Notes under the pieces: model-generated
What the model was told of the DNA's origin: nothing
Database searches by the model: none
What the model saw: only the letters and a program-made list of their open reading frames with translations
Shown here: one piece after another, positions 27,601-38,800 of the stretch
Position numbering within the stretch: the stretch's first letter is position 1
Layout of the letters: each line of letters opens with the position of its first letter
Made by a program: the position numbers and the translations under genes
Source: an uncultured virus (IMG/VR IMGVR_UViG_3300044701_002219)
Taxonomy: Duplodnaviria; Heunggongvirae; Uroviricota; Caudoviricetes
IMG/VR virus record: IMGVR_UViG_3300044701_002219
Direction: 5' to 3' (one strand)
Length of the DNA: 64,000 nt

Positions 27601-29855
27601 CTTATATCTACTGTTTTAGTTGCTCCTCTAGACAAACCTCCATAGGGCTCAATAGTAACTTGATTACCATTTATCTCCCTAACTATATACATAGCATCAG
27701 ACCATTTAGAAGAACTAATTTTGTCTTTGTGTTCTTGCATTCCAGCATTCTGTTGCAAAAGAGATTCTCCTATTTTGTATAAAGGCTTTCCTGATTTTTC
27801 AAAAATAACAACGCTCAGATCTTTTCTAAGTTTTACCCCTGTTGCAGGTACTAGATAAGCAGGCTGATCCATGTACCAAACATCACTACTAAAAGTTACA
27901 TATACTTCGTTATTGTTCAAACTACCCGTTACATTAATTTTTTCTTCTTCTATATCTCCTTCATATCTTATCTTACCATCCACCATTATGGGTTTCCTAA
28001 TCTTATATATAAACTGGTGTGATCGAGAAGTTTTAGGAGTAGTAATAACTGATGAAACAGAGTTTTGAAGCTCTGCAATACTCGTATCTATAACGCTAAC
28101 AAAACTTGCAGCATCTTGAGAGTTTGATAAATCTAAAGTGTTTCCGGTGGTATTAAAATTACGATTAGTGTAGTCTTGAGAAGCTCTACTAGTAGGTACT
28201 GTAGTAAGTCTTCCTACAGTATTTATCCTAAATAAACGAGATGTAGCAGGAGTGTTTCTACCAGAAAAAATCTGATTTAAAACATTTTGATAAGAAGTGA
28301 TAGCCGTTGTTCTGTCTACTATTTTTCCAGGAGTTGTGGTTGTAATAGCTAAGTCGTTTAATCTAGCAAATTCTCTAGCATAACCAACAGCCATTGCTCT
28401 TGCTGATGATTCAAACTTATAAGAAGGACTATTTGCAACGAGCCAATTTTTTCTTTTATAATAGTCTGCCTTATTTAATATATCTTGAACAAATTTTTCA
28501 CCAGCACTAGAATGAAGGCTTGTGTTATTAACATTAACAATCGCCATAAAGCGAGTATTAGAAAATCTACTTTCTAACTCTGATCCAATCTCTTGCATTA
28601 AACGAGATCTATCTGTAGCAGTAAAACTAGTTTGATAATATTTTTTTAGGATATAGTCTACAACAGGACTTAAAGCATTTACAAAGTTTTTAGTGTTAGG
28701 ATCCTTATCGGTATTATAGAAATAATTATTAAAATCTTGGTACCTTCTTTCAAAGTTTCTTAGTTCTTCAATAACATCTTCTGTAGCATAAACTAGTTTA
28801 CTACTACGAGGATTATAGATTATCTTAGAATTAGGATGAGAAAGTATAGCATTTTTTAAAGTTTGATAATCTTGTATACTAGATGTAACACTGCTTTGAG
28901 AAACTCTCGAAGTACTTTCCACACGATCGGTAAAGTCTTCTGGCTTAGTAAAAAGTATTTTAGGATTAGAGATTAACGTAGCAAGAGTTTGGATATCTGC
29001 TCCAGGAGAAAGTTCTTGGATATTTATTTTAATCTCTTCTCCAAATAGTATACCCTTTATAGCTTCCCATATTTTAGTTAAGGCTGTAGCCAAAGTTTTT
29101 AATAAACCTTCATCTGGTTTCCAGTCCTCTCTAAACTTTCCAGTCTCAGGATTGAATAAGTTAGAACCGTATTTACCAAGCATTTCTGCTAGAGTTTCTT
29201 CTAGTAACTCTTCTGTAGTATAATCAGGATATAAAGGTTTTAATCTTTTTATCTCCTCTCCAAAAGCTAAACCATTTACAGTATCTTTAAGCTCATAATC
29301 TACAATAACACTTTCTTCTTTTTCTACACCTGTATTAGGATCTGTAACTTTTCTTTTCTCAGTCTTTACATTAAACAGACTATTCATCAAAGACATGTAA
29401 GCCCTTATGTTTTCTGTTCTAAGAAGATGTATAAAGATGTGAGAAAACTCATGGATCGGCGTATCTAAACCAGCTTTAGCTGTGTTTATTACTATAGTAG
29501 GTTTTCCTTCGATAGCATCAGGACTTGTTGGAGCAGCAACTTTACCTTTAAAGTTTTTATCCGGAGCATTTACTAGCTTGTAAGCGTATCCTTCTGGAAA
29601 CTTTTTAATAAGATCCTTACACATAGTTTCTAAAACCTCAACAGAAGCAACAGAAGGATTATTTTCTGAAGAACCAATCTGATACTGGTCTTTCATCTGA
29701 ACAGGTCTCATCGAAGACTGCGTAGCAAGCTTAGCCATTACTAACTCAGGGCTACGGATCTCTCCGTTAAACTGCATATAATCTTTGTAGGCTTGGAATT
29801 TACCTACAGCTTTAACTAGGTTATCCCAGTCTTTTCCATAAGGACATGCTATCAT
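21660..29855 (-). CDS. Giant virion ejection/cargo protein (two zincin-like HEFSH domains, LysM, C-terminal TM)
   Basis: 2731 aa. HEFSH at 29439-29453 and 26961-26975; LysM-like YTIQEGDTMESLAKKFNMPVEDLK; hydrophobic VIALIALLAVVAPMFGW; adjacent to the vRNAP. Confidence 0.8.
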   Translation of the reverse strand: MIACPYGKDWDNLVKAVGKFQAYKDYMQFNGEIRSPELVMAKLATQSSMRPVQMKDQYQIGSSENNPSVASVEVLETMCKDLIKKFPEGYAYKLVNAPDKNFKGKVAAPTSPDAIEGKPTIVINTAKAGLDTPIHEFSHIFIHLLRTENIRAYMSLMNSLFNVKTEKRKVTDPNTGVEKEESVIVDYELKDTVNGLAFGEEIKRLKPLYPDYTTEELLEETLAEMLGKYGSNLFNPETGKFREDWKPDEGLLKTLATALTKIWEAIKGILFGEEIKINIQELSPGADIQTLATLISNPKILFTKPEDFTDRVESTSRVSQSSVTSSIQDYQTLKNAILSHPNSKIIYNPRSSKLVYATEDVIEELRNFERRYQDFNNYFYNTDKDPNTKNFVNALSPVVDYILKKYYQTSFTATDRSRLMQEIGSELESRFSNTRFMAIVNVNNTSLHSSAGEKFVQDILNKADYYKRKNWLVANSPSYKFESSARAMAVGYAREFARLNDLAITTTTPGKIVDRTTAITSYQNVLNQIFSGRNTPATSRLFRINTVGRLTTVPTSRASQDYTNRNFNTTGNTLDLSNSQDAASFVSVIDTSIAELQNSVSSVITTPKTSRSHQFIYKIRKPIMVDGKIRYEGDIEEEKINVTGSLNNNEVYVTFSSDVWYMDQPAYLVPATGVKLRKDLSVVIFEKSGKPLYKIGESLLQQNAGMQEHKDKISSSKWSDAMYIVREINGNQVTIEPYGGLSRGATKTVDISELSAVSYFENRSIKVLNGVIDTIYVMYKDVPVDAITFSPISGGGPKRTGNEMRLGSYNDMFKRTFGKWATNTSGNVTKLIVPQFLKNMMTISQDLFQKGDSVSSIDGFEQSTEGSMATVGIEAAKPAISVSQETINNSNGVGTVKAFAKSLAGKLILNNKSFKYQFVTAGEAKRITENTRNPWTGQKAFFVGDTVYFVGDNISMEDVFHEFSHPFVRSLFLDNPKAFWSIYNDILKSEEGQQLYRDVKAAYPELSESDPLFAEEMIVRTLTKAAEMKNFELKPTTGFAKALKNLLYAIKQMLRKFFGQNIKVSKLDSVTSIDDLLSILGESEDVVLNEAVANNVDTVSYIKDFDQYVKDINRISKPELFGITVKAYDIAVKQIDTVLRNKNYREIANILSDQFKRGELDEIKRNLSKFAKPLEDKILAKRDKLQYEKAHAEAMVSTLFRLQNMVGKVKEHLKDLSEDTDSIDNMHKAYYYDYLLRYWSQYIQEVQRTMQESQIDEASPLSNLVGTIERGIKNAEVYTKQMYKTGARDALFNEISPMAKAIDEKYRNIIEKLKRDKAPQNLIELWTQEYYGLTEKEVERRDSLLSQQRLGTITQKGKLELDSLNKKSMDGAQITKEKMEMALNGEFRDSNVFNSFFEGYLYNTDPVVGSFALYVKNQMADVTNIAMQKFNSFASDLKPLLERAGYTPSNVNQLIDKIARVELVGKIDEDGNWVERQVYTLKSAHKDWRIALDRLRRDIDEAQRLYSENNSDQNHKNLIAAIAAKKKLLRDYFYQEYDPKVYARDEVFKKFDGDAVGEEAQYRRDKIFEQMEEISNPLNSMMDDYEISERMEQLWREYHQLYSLVDLNGNMKDVNSMDYKVAMRLKEHRNAAIDPATGESFFDWKPRFGIFESNLEKFEQELAEKYGYPSDEYTFHRANWIAKNTRTVLKKEFYEERARILDEINKIMNKLPDSARKAKRIGQIWTEILDLVAGNRDEDGQPNGMNFSDGGINFIKTRQEELTEAMNEFSGLNGLTPIESQEYQSYWEIINAKERELTDDEQVRFNVLMDKSSNSGLSKTDKKKLFGLFAKLQGLQKKEATDYYVMIMNHHLSKLNTTLMMNELNTNTITKSSANLILDDYIIDPLLEQSEEFKKWFMKNHIRKEIYDTESGTRKSIWERIYAWNVVRPTSDAYYETTTIKKEDGTEEVIKGLPALKYYARVVKPQYRTERIVGKTVDNQGNFLPRTDIADSPFIDKEYLEMSKNDPAHFAVLEKMKEHHLRNQEGLGYKSRLYLDIPRYRKNNLEVLRTKSLRGIAKDVGDEKAPMLQLLIERFKNFFRKAKDEKAGGEYNWEDDAMLVRADMFDNESVSVPISGLTDLDLTDTSPDVTQSLMRYMFSAERQKKLIEISPVAQALKTTVNDPANLTKQLDKINKFNFIHRGIITYLTKKGRYTRQAAVNNFIEREFEGQTDAGFTKDLPFLQNAANMILGRASFAYFAFNFPSAIKNAIGAKWQAMLHAVGGVDTDVPSMARGEMWAANTMFQISNNLYTRGAKPLSMQLADSFDAIRERAEKKLPEGMSRTFAHDLASLSWFSNFRQWTENQAALQLFGAMMYKKQIMRDGKEISYMDAWESIDGQLTLKSGIDVRYGNTPTEYTIQEGDTMESLAKKFNMPVEDLKQELSGVRFVEGKEIKIDNRLYKAFRNKVHAVSANLNGAYAKFDQPEAQRYLAYRMMSYLKRFFIPMFVNRWGYSGTLLGRKRGRVNFGLGDVQEGYYTTTLKVLWRTVEFAGKNWPHLTSEEKASVKKTVIEVIALIALLAVVAPMFGWDPADDERYEKLRQKSGSLPFPWVEEDRDRPFDLGGWMSNHALMMALQVRSENEAFVPWMGFGLDNYYETFTDVSSLGFGPTLETYKDMLELMYMEATGDPRARYKKDSGPYTWQREGGSKWLAEFMKSIGLTGSTLDPAVAVKKNPQFQGSGGGKSKEEKPKD

Positions 29856-29860
29856 TTTAT

Positions 29861-32800
29861 TTATCTATAACAGTAAGACATATATTCTCTAACCTGATCA
29901 TCAGTTATCTCCTGAGCTTCTTGTATTACTACTCTGCCTTCAGGCTTCATCTGATAACCAGGATTTACATATCCAAAGTTACGATAAAGTTGCTCAGATA
30001 AGTATAAAAAAGTTTGGGGAGCACCTATTTTTGCATTTTCTGGAAGCGCTTTTACATAAGGTTCTGGGAAATAAGTTTTGTTCCACTCTTGACCATATCC
30101 AAGACTAGAGAAAACTAAAGTTTTTCCCATATCAACTTGCTCCTTCATTCTTCTTATAGCTTCATCTATTTTGCTTCTCATATTTTTTGCCGGATCTGGA
30201 CTATCCAAATCTTCATCCTTTATAGCACTCTGAGCGTTTATGTTATACTGTCTATAACTAGGTATACCTAAAGTGTTAGCAGCATTACCATACTCTTTAA
30301 ACATCCTATCTAACGCAGTATTAGCAACAGCTCTGGATTCAAAAGCATCATTAAACACAAACGTAAAGTTGTCGTTAGAAGTAAGCGCTTCAACTCTTTC
30401 TTTAGTAAGATCTGCTGCGCTAAACTTTGCAGCAGTACCTTCCGATTGAGTAACTAGATCCATAGCATTTTCTATAATCTTGCTTCCATAAGGATTAGGA
30501 TTATATTCTTTTGCTCCTTTATTGGCTAAATACTTAGATACCTTAACATTAAAACCGGGTATATAGTAATCCTTTGTTCTTAATCTTAGTTTGCTATTCT
30601 TTACATCGTTTACTTTTAAAAACTTCTCATAGTAAAGGTTTAAAGCTAAAGGATTCATATTCTCTATAAACTCTTTAACCGGACCTTCCATGATACGTAT
30701 AATAGAATCTTGTGGAAGAATTCTATTAATAGAAAACATAGAGCTAGTATTTAGACCAGACTGTAAGAATCCTACAATAGGTAGATTAGCAAAGAACTCG
30801 CTGATCATCTGGTTAGCCTTAGCATTAGGAACTTTTAAAACAGTAGGATCCATAAGTTCTACCATGTTCTCATAGTAAAGATTTATTAGATCCGGATCTT
30901 TAAGAGGATCTAATATTTTAATATTACTATAAGTACCTGATGTATCATTCATAGAATGAGGAGCTAGTTTTTCAAGAACAGAATACTTATCTAAAAGCTT
31001 TGGATATAACTGCTTTATTTTGGCAAGCTTGTCAGCAACAGTGTCTTCTCCTATAAACATCTTAGTTTTATTAAAGATGTTTTCTAAAGCTCTGTCTTTG
31101 ATAAACTCCTCGAAAGCCATACGGTCCATGCGCTTAAGATAATCCTCTTGCGTTTCATCGGTGTTTAATGGTGTCTCCTTTATTAAATCGTGTTTTTTCC
31201 ATTCGAAATCCGGCCTACCGGAAAGATTAGAAACATTCTTATACAAGCTTCTTAAGTATTCTCTTTCTACTATAAAGTGAGAGAACTCATCAAAGCTTTC
31301 GAATGTACCGTCTTTTACTATGGCAAGACCTCCTTCGTTCCAATAGTTATCTTTAGAATATACTTTATCTTTATAGTGACGTCTTAGAGTATTCTTATCT
31401 ACGAACATCTTACCGTCCTTAAAGAATACTCCAACTTTTAAGAAACCTACGTCTTGCTTTATAGCAAGTTGAGAAGCCTCTCCAGTTTCAGCAGGGATTC
31501 CTTTATAGTACTTTACATCATCTATGTTAAAACTCTTAAGAGCATTTTGGAAGATAAAGCTTACTAGATCGTTTCTTAAAGTAGAAGAAAACCTTTCTGT
31601 ATCACCAAAAGTATTCTCAACATTTTCTAAAAAGGATTTATCTTTTATAGCGCTTAATAACCAATCATTAAGCTTATCATTATTACGTAGAGGGAACAGC
31701 TTATCCCAAACTTTTACTTGGAACTTTTGAATATAGAAACTTCCTATAGGAGATTCGTTTAATAGTTTGTCTACCATAAACTCTGGTAAACGATTACTAG
31801 AACGCATCTCTTCTAAAAGAGCAGTCTTATTAAGAGCATCGAATATACTAGTAGACTTACCAGTATCAAAATTGGTGCGCATCTTAAAGTCTCTAGTAGC
31901 TTTTGCCATGTCTTCTATTTCTAAGAAGTGCATGAATACAGCATCTTCATAAAGAGTATTCTTATTACTTTCCTCTTCGCTTAAAGGTGTAGTAACTTTA
32001 CCACTAGCTCTTTGTATGATTTCTAAAAGTTTGTCCTGGTTTACATATCCGCCGTTATCAGCAAAAGCTTTTGTAGTAGCTTCTTTAGCAGCCCTAAAGA
32101 ATGCTGGCTTATTATTTTTTTCTATGTCTTCAGAATTGATATCTATACCAGTTTCATATTCACCTCTAATAGATATCTTCTGAAGGATTCTCTTACGAGC
32201 TTCGTTTCTGAAAAACATAGGACTAGAAGCTTCTTTACCAGTCATGATACCAAAACTACTCTTAGCGTCTCTTTGAGCTTCTACATATTCTCTTATAATA
32301 GGTAGAGAAGCAAAGTATATAGCAGTTTTTAAAGGTACACCGGATTCTATCATGAACTCTAGAACAGGTGCAACTTCTTTATTACCCTGGATATTAAATA
32401 ACCAGGTATCTTTAGCAACGTCTACAGAACCATTTATAAGCTGAGAAAGAATATCAGAAATCTTTTGATTCTCAGTATTATAAATATTGGAAATTGATAT
32501 AGCACTCTTACCGTTGATTGTTCTTATGTTATGAGGCATCAAAAGAGTTTGACGTACAGTCAAAGTATCTCTTCCTTTGTTGATAGATAGATTAGCCTCC
32601 GGATTTAGGTATGCTCCAATACGGTTAAATATAGTATTGTAAGTGTTACCTACAGCTAATAAACCAAGAACATCTTTACCAATGCTATTAGACTGATGCT
32701 TGTATAAGTTATAGCCTATTTCTAATATTCTTGTACCAGATATAGATTTTAGATCTTCTCCAAGTTCCGCACGTTCTTCTTTACTAAGGTCAGAATCAGT

Positions 32801-35800
32801 AGATAATCTAGCTTTAGGATCATACTCTACAACATCATCAGCAAGTTCATCTGCAATAGGCTTAACTAAATCTGTACCATTAGGTGTAACCAAAGATGTA
32901 TAGTTACTAGAAAGAGATAAGATGTTTTTCATATTCCAGATAAGGTCATTTTCCAAAGCCTTAGATCCAAAATATTTTTTATCAAACTCTTCTTCAGACA
33001 TAAGCTTTCCTTCTTCCATAAGAAGAGAGACAAACTCATCATCCATGTTAAACGCTTCTTCTCCAAAGATTCTGTAAAGAGAACTACTGAAAAGAGAGTT
33101 AAGTATCTCGTTAGCTGCAGCTGCTTTTACAGACTTAGTTTTACGGAACTCTCCTACATCTTTTAGGAACTCTTCATCAGTTACTGCTTTCTTATATAAA
33201 TCGTATAGATCTTTCTTTTCTTTCTTGCTTAGTTGCTTAGATATTGTTACTCCTAACTTAGGTATACGTGATATGTTAGGCATCATCACGGTGAGCTTAT
33301 CAATATCAAAGTCACCACCAGACTTAGCTACAATCTCAGAAGGTGTTACTATTATAGCACCAGCTTCTTCTGGTAAGAATTCGTATACTTCCATAAACTC
33401 CATAGAGTTCATACCCTGAACCGGGATACGACATCCTACCATAGTAATCATCCTACGGTTGTCTGCAATATTCAACCACTCCTCATCTCTAAGTAACTCG
33501 TTAAGTTTTTCTCTTGTACCTATGGTTCTTCCTTCTTTATCTTTTAACTGGAGTAATAACTTAAACTTACCTTGTAAAGCAATCTTTACCTTCATTGCTT
33601 TAGTATCCTTTCCTTCTTCTCTTCTGTAGAAAGGTAGGTCGTTTGTTCCGTATTTCTCTAGATCTTCTTTTGTAGGATTGGTATAGCTTCTACCTGTAGA
33701 GTTTTTATTTTCAAACACAGCATTAGATACTTGCACTAAGCTTTCTCCGTTTACTTTTTGTTTGATTAACCTACGAGTAACTATGGCATTAAGAACCTTC
33801 TCTATTTTTTCAGCTGATAAAGAAAGAGATAAGTCATGCTTCATAGTCTTACCACCATAGCCAAGATCTATAAAGTCTATCTCATGATCTGCCATATCCT
33901 GGCGAGTCATCTCTTTACGAACAAACTCTAATAGATCTTTTAGATTACCTTCCGGTTCTCCATTGACCATCTTCCAGTTCATCTCGTCCAAAAGCTCTTG
34001 CATCTTATATTCTGTAAGAGCTCTAATATTCTTTTCGTATTCTTTGTATAATCTGTATTTCTTAGAACGGTTTTTCTCTTCAGGTGAAGCAGCTTCCCAT
34101 GCGGCTACTCTCTCATCTAAAGAAAGATCCATTCTAAAATCTGTAGGAACTCCTCCTTCAACAAGACCTTCTTCTATCAACTTTCTCATCTGAGTAGAGA
34201 AGATAACCTTGTTCTTATACTTAGGAGCAATGTATAACTGATTCTTTAAATAGTTTACAAATATGGTGTTCTTTGTAAACGGTTCTTTAGATATTTTTCT
34301 GTCGTTATCGGATTGATAAAGCTTATCGTATTCTCCGTACTTAGTAATGTTACCTACTTTAGAACCAGAGTTAAACGTAGCATAATCAATATTCTCGGAT
34401 ACCATCTTATCGTGTAGCTCTAAAAGATTTTTATCTGTTATAACAGATGGTATTAATGGCATCAAAGAAAACTTATGGAAAGCTGTAATAGGCAATCCTT
34501 TAGTATCCAAAGTTCCGAAGTACTGTAACTTTTGAGGAGGGAATGTTTGAGCAACATCTGCTGCTGACACAGGTTCTTCGTTTACTATTTTTTGGTAAAG
34601 AGCTTCTTGCTCATTAGACCACTGACCTTCTAGATTAAGTAAGATTCTGTATGAGTCAAAAGTTATCCAACCTTGACCATCACCCTCATTCATCTCGGTA
34701 TAAGCTTTAGCAGGGCTACCTTTTAACGGTTCCTTTATAGTACCTTTAGTTTGAGTTTTGCTATCGTAACCTAATATTTTTCTTTCTGCTTTTTCTCTAT
34801 CGTTACCGTTAGCCTCAGTTTCTGCTTTTATCAAATCTTTAATAATCTGTTCAGAATAAGCAGATGGTATCTCATTATCTTTTAAGATAGCTGTATTAAG
34901 TCTACCGGTAAAAGGTTCTAATGTAGTATTAGAGAACTTTGATTCTTTATGTTTTTGATAATATCCTCTACCTAAAACATTGTTTACAAAATCTAAAGCG
35001 GCTCTATCAGTACGGAATAAAGTACCCGTAGAACCTACACCGGCATTACGTTTATGGAACTCTTCCTTAGCCATGTTATACTGAGCAAGATCTCCGTAAA
35101 TCATAGATAAAGACTCAACATTATGTACCCAGCTATTAACTACAAAAGATCTCATCAAAGCATCTTTTGCCATAGTCATTCCTTCTTGCTTCTGTTCTGC
35201 TGTAGTAGCTTTCTTAATCTTTAAGTTTATATTCTTATTTCTAGCATCTCCTTCTAGTTTCTCATAAAGATTATCAGAAATAATCGGCTGACCATTTCTA
35301 CTCTTGATCTTGAAGAAAGTATCAGATACTCTCTTAGTTTCTTTATTGAAGTAATCAACTATGTCTTTTTCTACAAGTTCCCTTAAAGAGTTTGCTTCTG
35401 CTGTTTCTGTTTTAAAGAACTCCATCAGATCTCCCTTTACTTCTCTAAGTAACCTAAGTTTAGTCTTAGGCATAAGGACATCAGAGAACTGTACAAAAGC
35501 CTGTCCCTTCTTTATATAGTTAAAGTCTTGATTAGTAACTGTTTTAGGATCCTGTTCGATAGCCTTAGCGAAAGAACGCATGGTTCTAATCCTAGATAAC
35601 TCAGCATTAAGATGAGGTAATAAGATATTGTCTATAAGCTTTCTATCTCCTTTAGACATTCCTGGCTTATCGTTTTGTAAGAAGCTAACAGTATCTACAT
35701 AAGTTGTACTACCTTTTTCTCCTGCACCATATATCTCACTTAAGTAAGCTGAGAAAGATGTTCCCTTATCAGCATGGCGCATTAGTTCAGGAGCTCCTTT

Positions 35801-38800
35801 TAGTAGAACCTGGTGAAAGTCCATAATTAGTTTAGTGGCAGCGTCAGCAGAAGCAGAAGAAGTACCGCGATCGTAATCGTAGTCTCCATCTAATTGCATA
35901 GCTACACCACTAAGATTTTGAAGGTTTATCTTAACTGGTAAACCTTTAGTATATCTCTTGTTTCCAAAATTAGTATTAGGCATCCCGTTCTCATCCTTCT
36001 CACGCATATCAAATATGGAGTTTAACCATATAGAAGCTTTTGCAAAAGGATTTCTTCTTATATCTAGATAGTTCATCCACGGCAAGCTTATTAACTCTTG
36101 ATAAGTCTTACACTCATTGATAGCATTTATCATTACTGATAAAGAGTTATTTAAAGATTGCTCATACTGGGTGTTACCTTCAGCGTTAGTAGACATGAAG
36201 TTACCCATAGTCTCAGAGTATCTAGCCTGCAGCTTAAGGATCTGATTATAAGTACTACCCTCATCTGGTATAGCAGCATATTTGATTTGATCAGTACCAT
36301 CTTTGTAGATAGGGCCATAACCTTTCTTTATATCTTTTATGCTAGTGATTTTTATAGGCTCAATAGACCCGTCAGCATTTCTCCTTCTTATCTGAGTAAG
36401 TACATTCCAGAATCTAGAAATATTTATCTTACCGCTTCTTATCGGTTCTTCTATATCTTCATTATCAGCATCTAAGTTGTATCCTATTGCTCTTAAGAAA
36501 TCTAACTCCATTCCAGGTTTAAACTCCGGAATAATATGGTTTGCTGTACCAGGTTTAGAAAAAGCATTTATTACAGCATTTATATCTAAAGTACGAATAC
36601 CAAAAGCATCAGGTTTAATAAACGCTGTAGTCTTATTAGCAAACTCAGTATCCCAAGCTGTAGCTACTTTGTTATGAGGAGCTCCAGCTTCTCCAGGTCT
36701 AACCTCAAACTTCCAGTTCTCAAAAGTTAAAGCTGTTTTATTACTATTCTTAGTAACAATCTCTACTGTCGTTTGTAATAGAGGAATATTGGATTTATTA
36801 AACGTCTGGAAAAACTCTGTCCAAAGTTTAAACTCGTCAGTGCCTCTTGTATTTACAGGGCCCAACTTTGCAAGAAGTTGCTTCATAGGAAACTGAGGAT
36901 GCGTATCCCCAAAAGCAATCATCTTGTTATACATCGTTTCCGCATCTAAAGTACCCTGAAGTAACTTTGATAAGACGTTCCATACTTTATCAAAGTTTTC
37001 TAACTGAGGAATACCAGAAACAGATTTTACTCCATCCCTTTCTACGGTAGTAAGAGTACCTGGAACATAATCCATGTTACCTCTCTCATCTAGTTTATGC
37101 AAACTTCTTAGTACGAATATGATCTCTGCACTAGCTAAATCTAGCTGAGAAATTTCGTTACCAGCTTTACCGTGACCCTCTCTTCCTTTGTTTGCCGTAA
37201 GCTCTTCTTCTGTAAATAAGTCTCCTTCAAAAAAGTCTTCTTTAACAGAAGCATCAACTATCTGAGACTTTAGCATATGGTACCCAATCAAACCTTTAGG
37301 ATAATCTCCTTTTGCAGGTCTGTTGTTTACAAAGTTTTGGATGTCTCCAAAGTTTTCTATAGCCCAGTCTAATCTGTTTATTTCTTTCTGTACGCTATCT
37401 TTTACAGGACCATCGTCCATCTGTTGATACTGCTTGTACAAACCGTTTCTTATTAAAGCGATTTCTTGAAGAACCTCTTCATAAGCAGCCATCAAACCTT
37501 TTGGCTTCTTTAGTAAAAGACTAGTCCACTTATAAGTACCTTTTGCATTGTTTAGTTTATCTACAGCTTTAGATAATAAAGAGTCTACAGTATCAACTAA
37601 GAACTTAGAATCTTCGTATCCTAAAGATTTTGTAACTGATTCAGGATCTATAGCTTGAATCCCTTTATCTAGTCCTGAGAAGGTTACATTGCTTTCTGAG
37701 AAACTATACTCGTTTATATTACCTACTCTAAGTTTTTCATATATCTCATGAATAGTAGAGATGGCTTTATCAGACGCAACTACTTCATTAAGAGTAGCGT
37801 TGCTAAATAAAACTTTAAGGATATCAAGAATCTTTTGGAAGATGCTTCTCTTAACCGGCTTAGCTATCTCAGCTTTTGCTCCGGATACCATCCACTTTCT
37901 AAAATCTTCAGCTAAGTATTCTTCTAACTGTTTTTCATCTGCTTTGTCAAAGTTTACACGGTTTCCTTTATAGTCTATAAAACTACCCGGCATCTTAGCA
38001 GCCTCTTTATATAAAGCTTCTTTTTCTGCTTTTGTAAGAAAGGCTTGAGTAAACCCGTGCCAAGCTTCGTGATAGATATCAGAGTAATCTGCTCCTTTGA
38101 AAAGAGTTATACCCTGAAGATTCCAGTTAGCAATAGCTTTTACATTCTTAGTATTAACCAAGTTAAACATTACTTGGATAGGAATATGCTTAGCTAAAGG
38201 ATGAGACTTTTCATCAAACTTCTTTTTAAGTTCTTTGTATCTAGCGCTAGAAGTTTTCTTTTCTTCTCTAAGCTTTTGCATCTCCTCAAATTCTTTAGAG
38301 CTAAGTCCAGTATACCAAGTAACAGCTCTTTCTACTTGTTCTTTAGTAGCTTTCTTTTCTGCGCCTTTCTGATCTAGGTTTTTGTTAAAATCTGGATCAT
38401 CAAACAATGAGTCTATACCTTTCTTAACAGGAGTTTCTGAGTTGTCCGATTGAGCAACTGTAGGTGCTGGAACAGGATTCTCTACTTTAGTTTCTCTGCG
38501 AGGATTAATCTGCTCTAAATCTTCTGCTAATGGAGTAAAGGTAAAGTAAGAATTAAGGTTAGATATCTTACCTTGACCATTAACAGGATAGTTAACAAAA
38601 GTATTTTGAGCAACAAAAGTATTATAGGATTTTAGAGAAGTAGTTAGAACTATCTGGCCATTTTGATTTGATAAAGAAACATCTTTAAAGTCTAAGTTTA
38701 AAGTCGAAGCTTCTATATTAATCTTAGGATAGCTAACAGTATAAAACTGATCAGTACCTTCTTTTATAAATATAGATCCTACTTGTAAGTTGTTTCTAAC

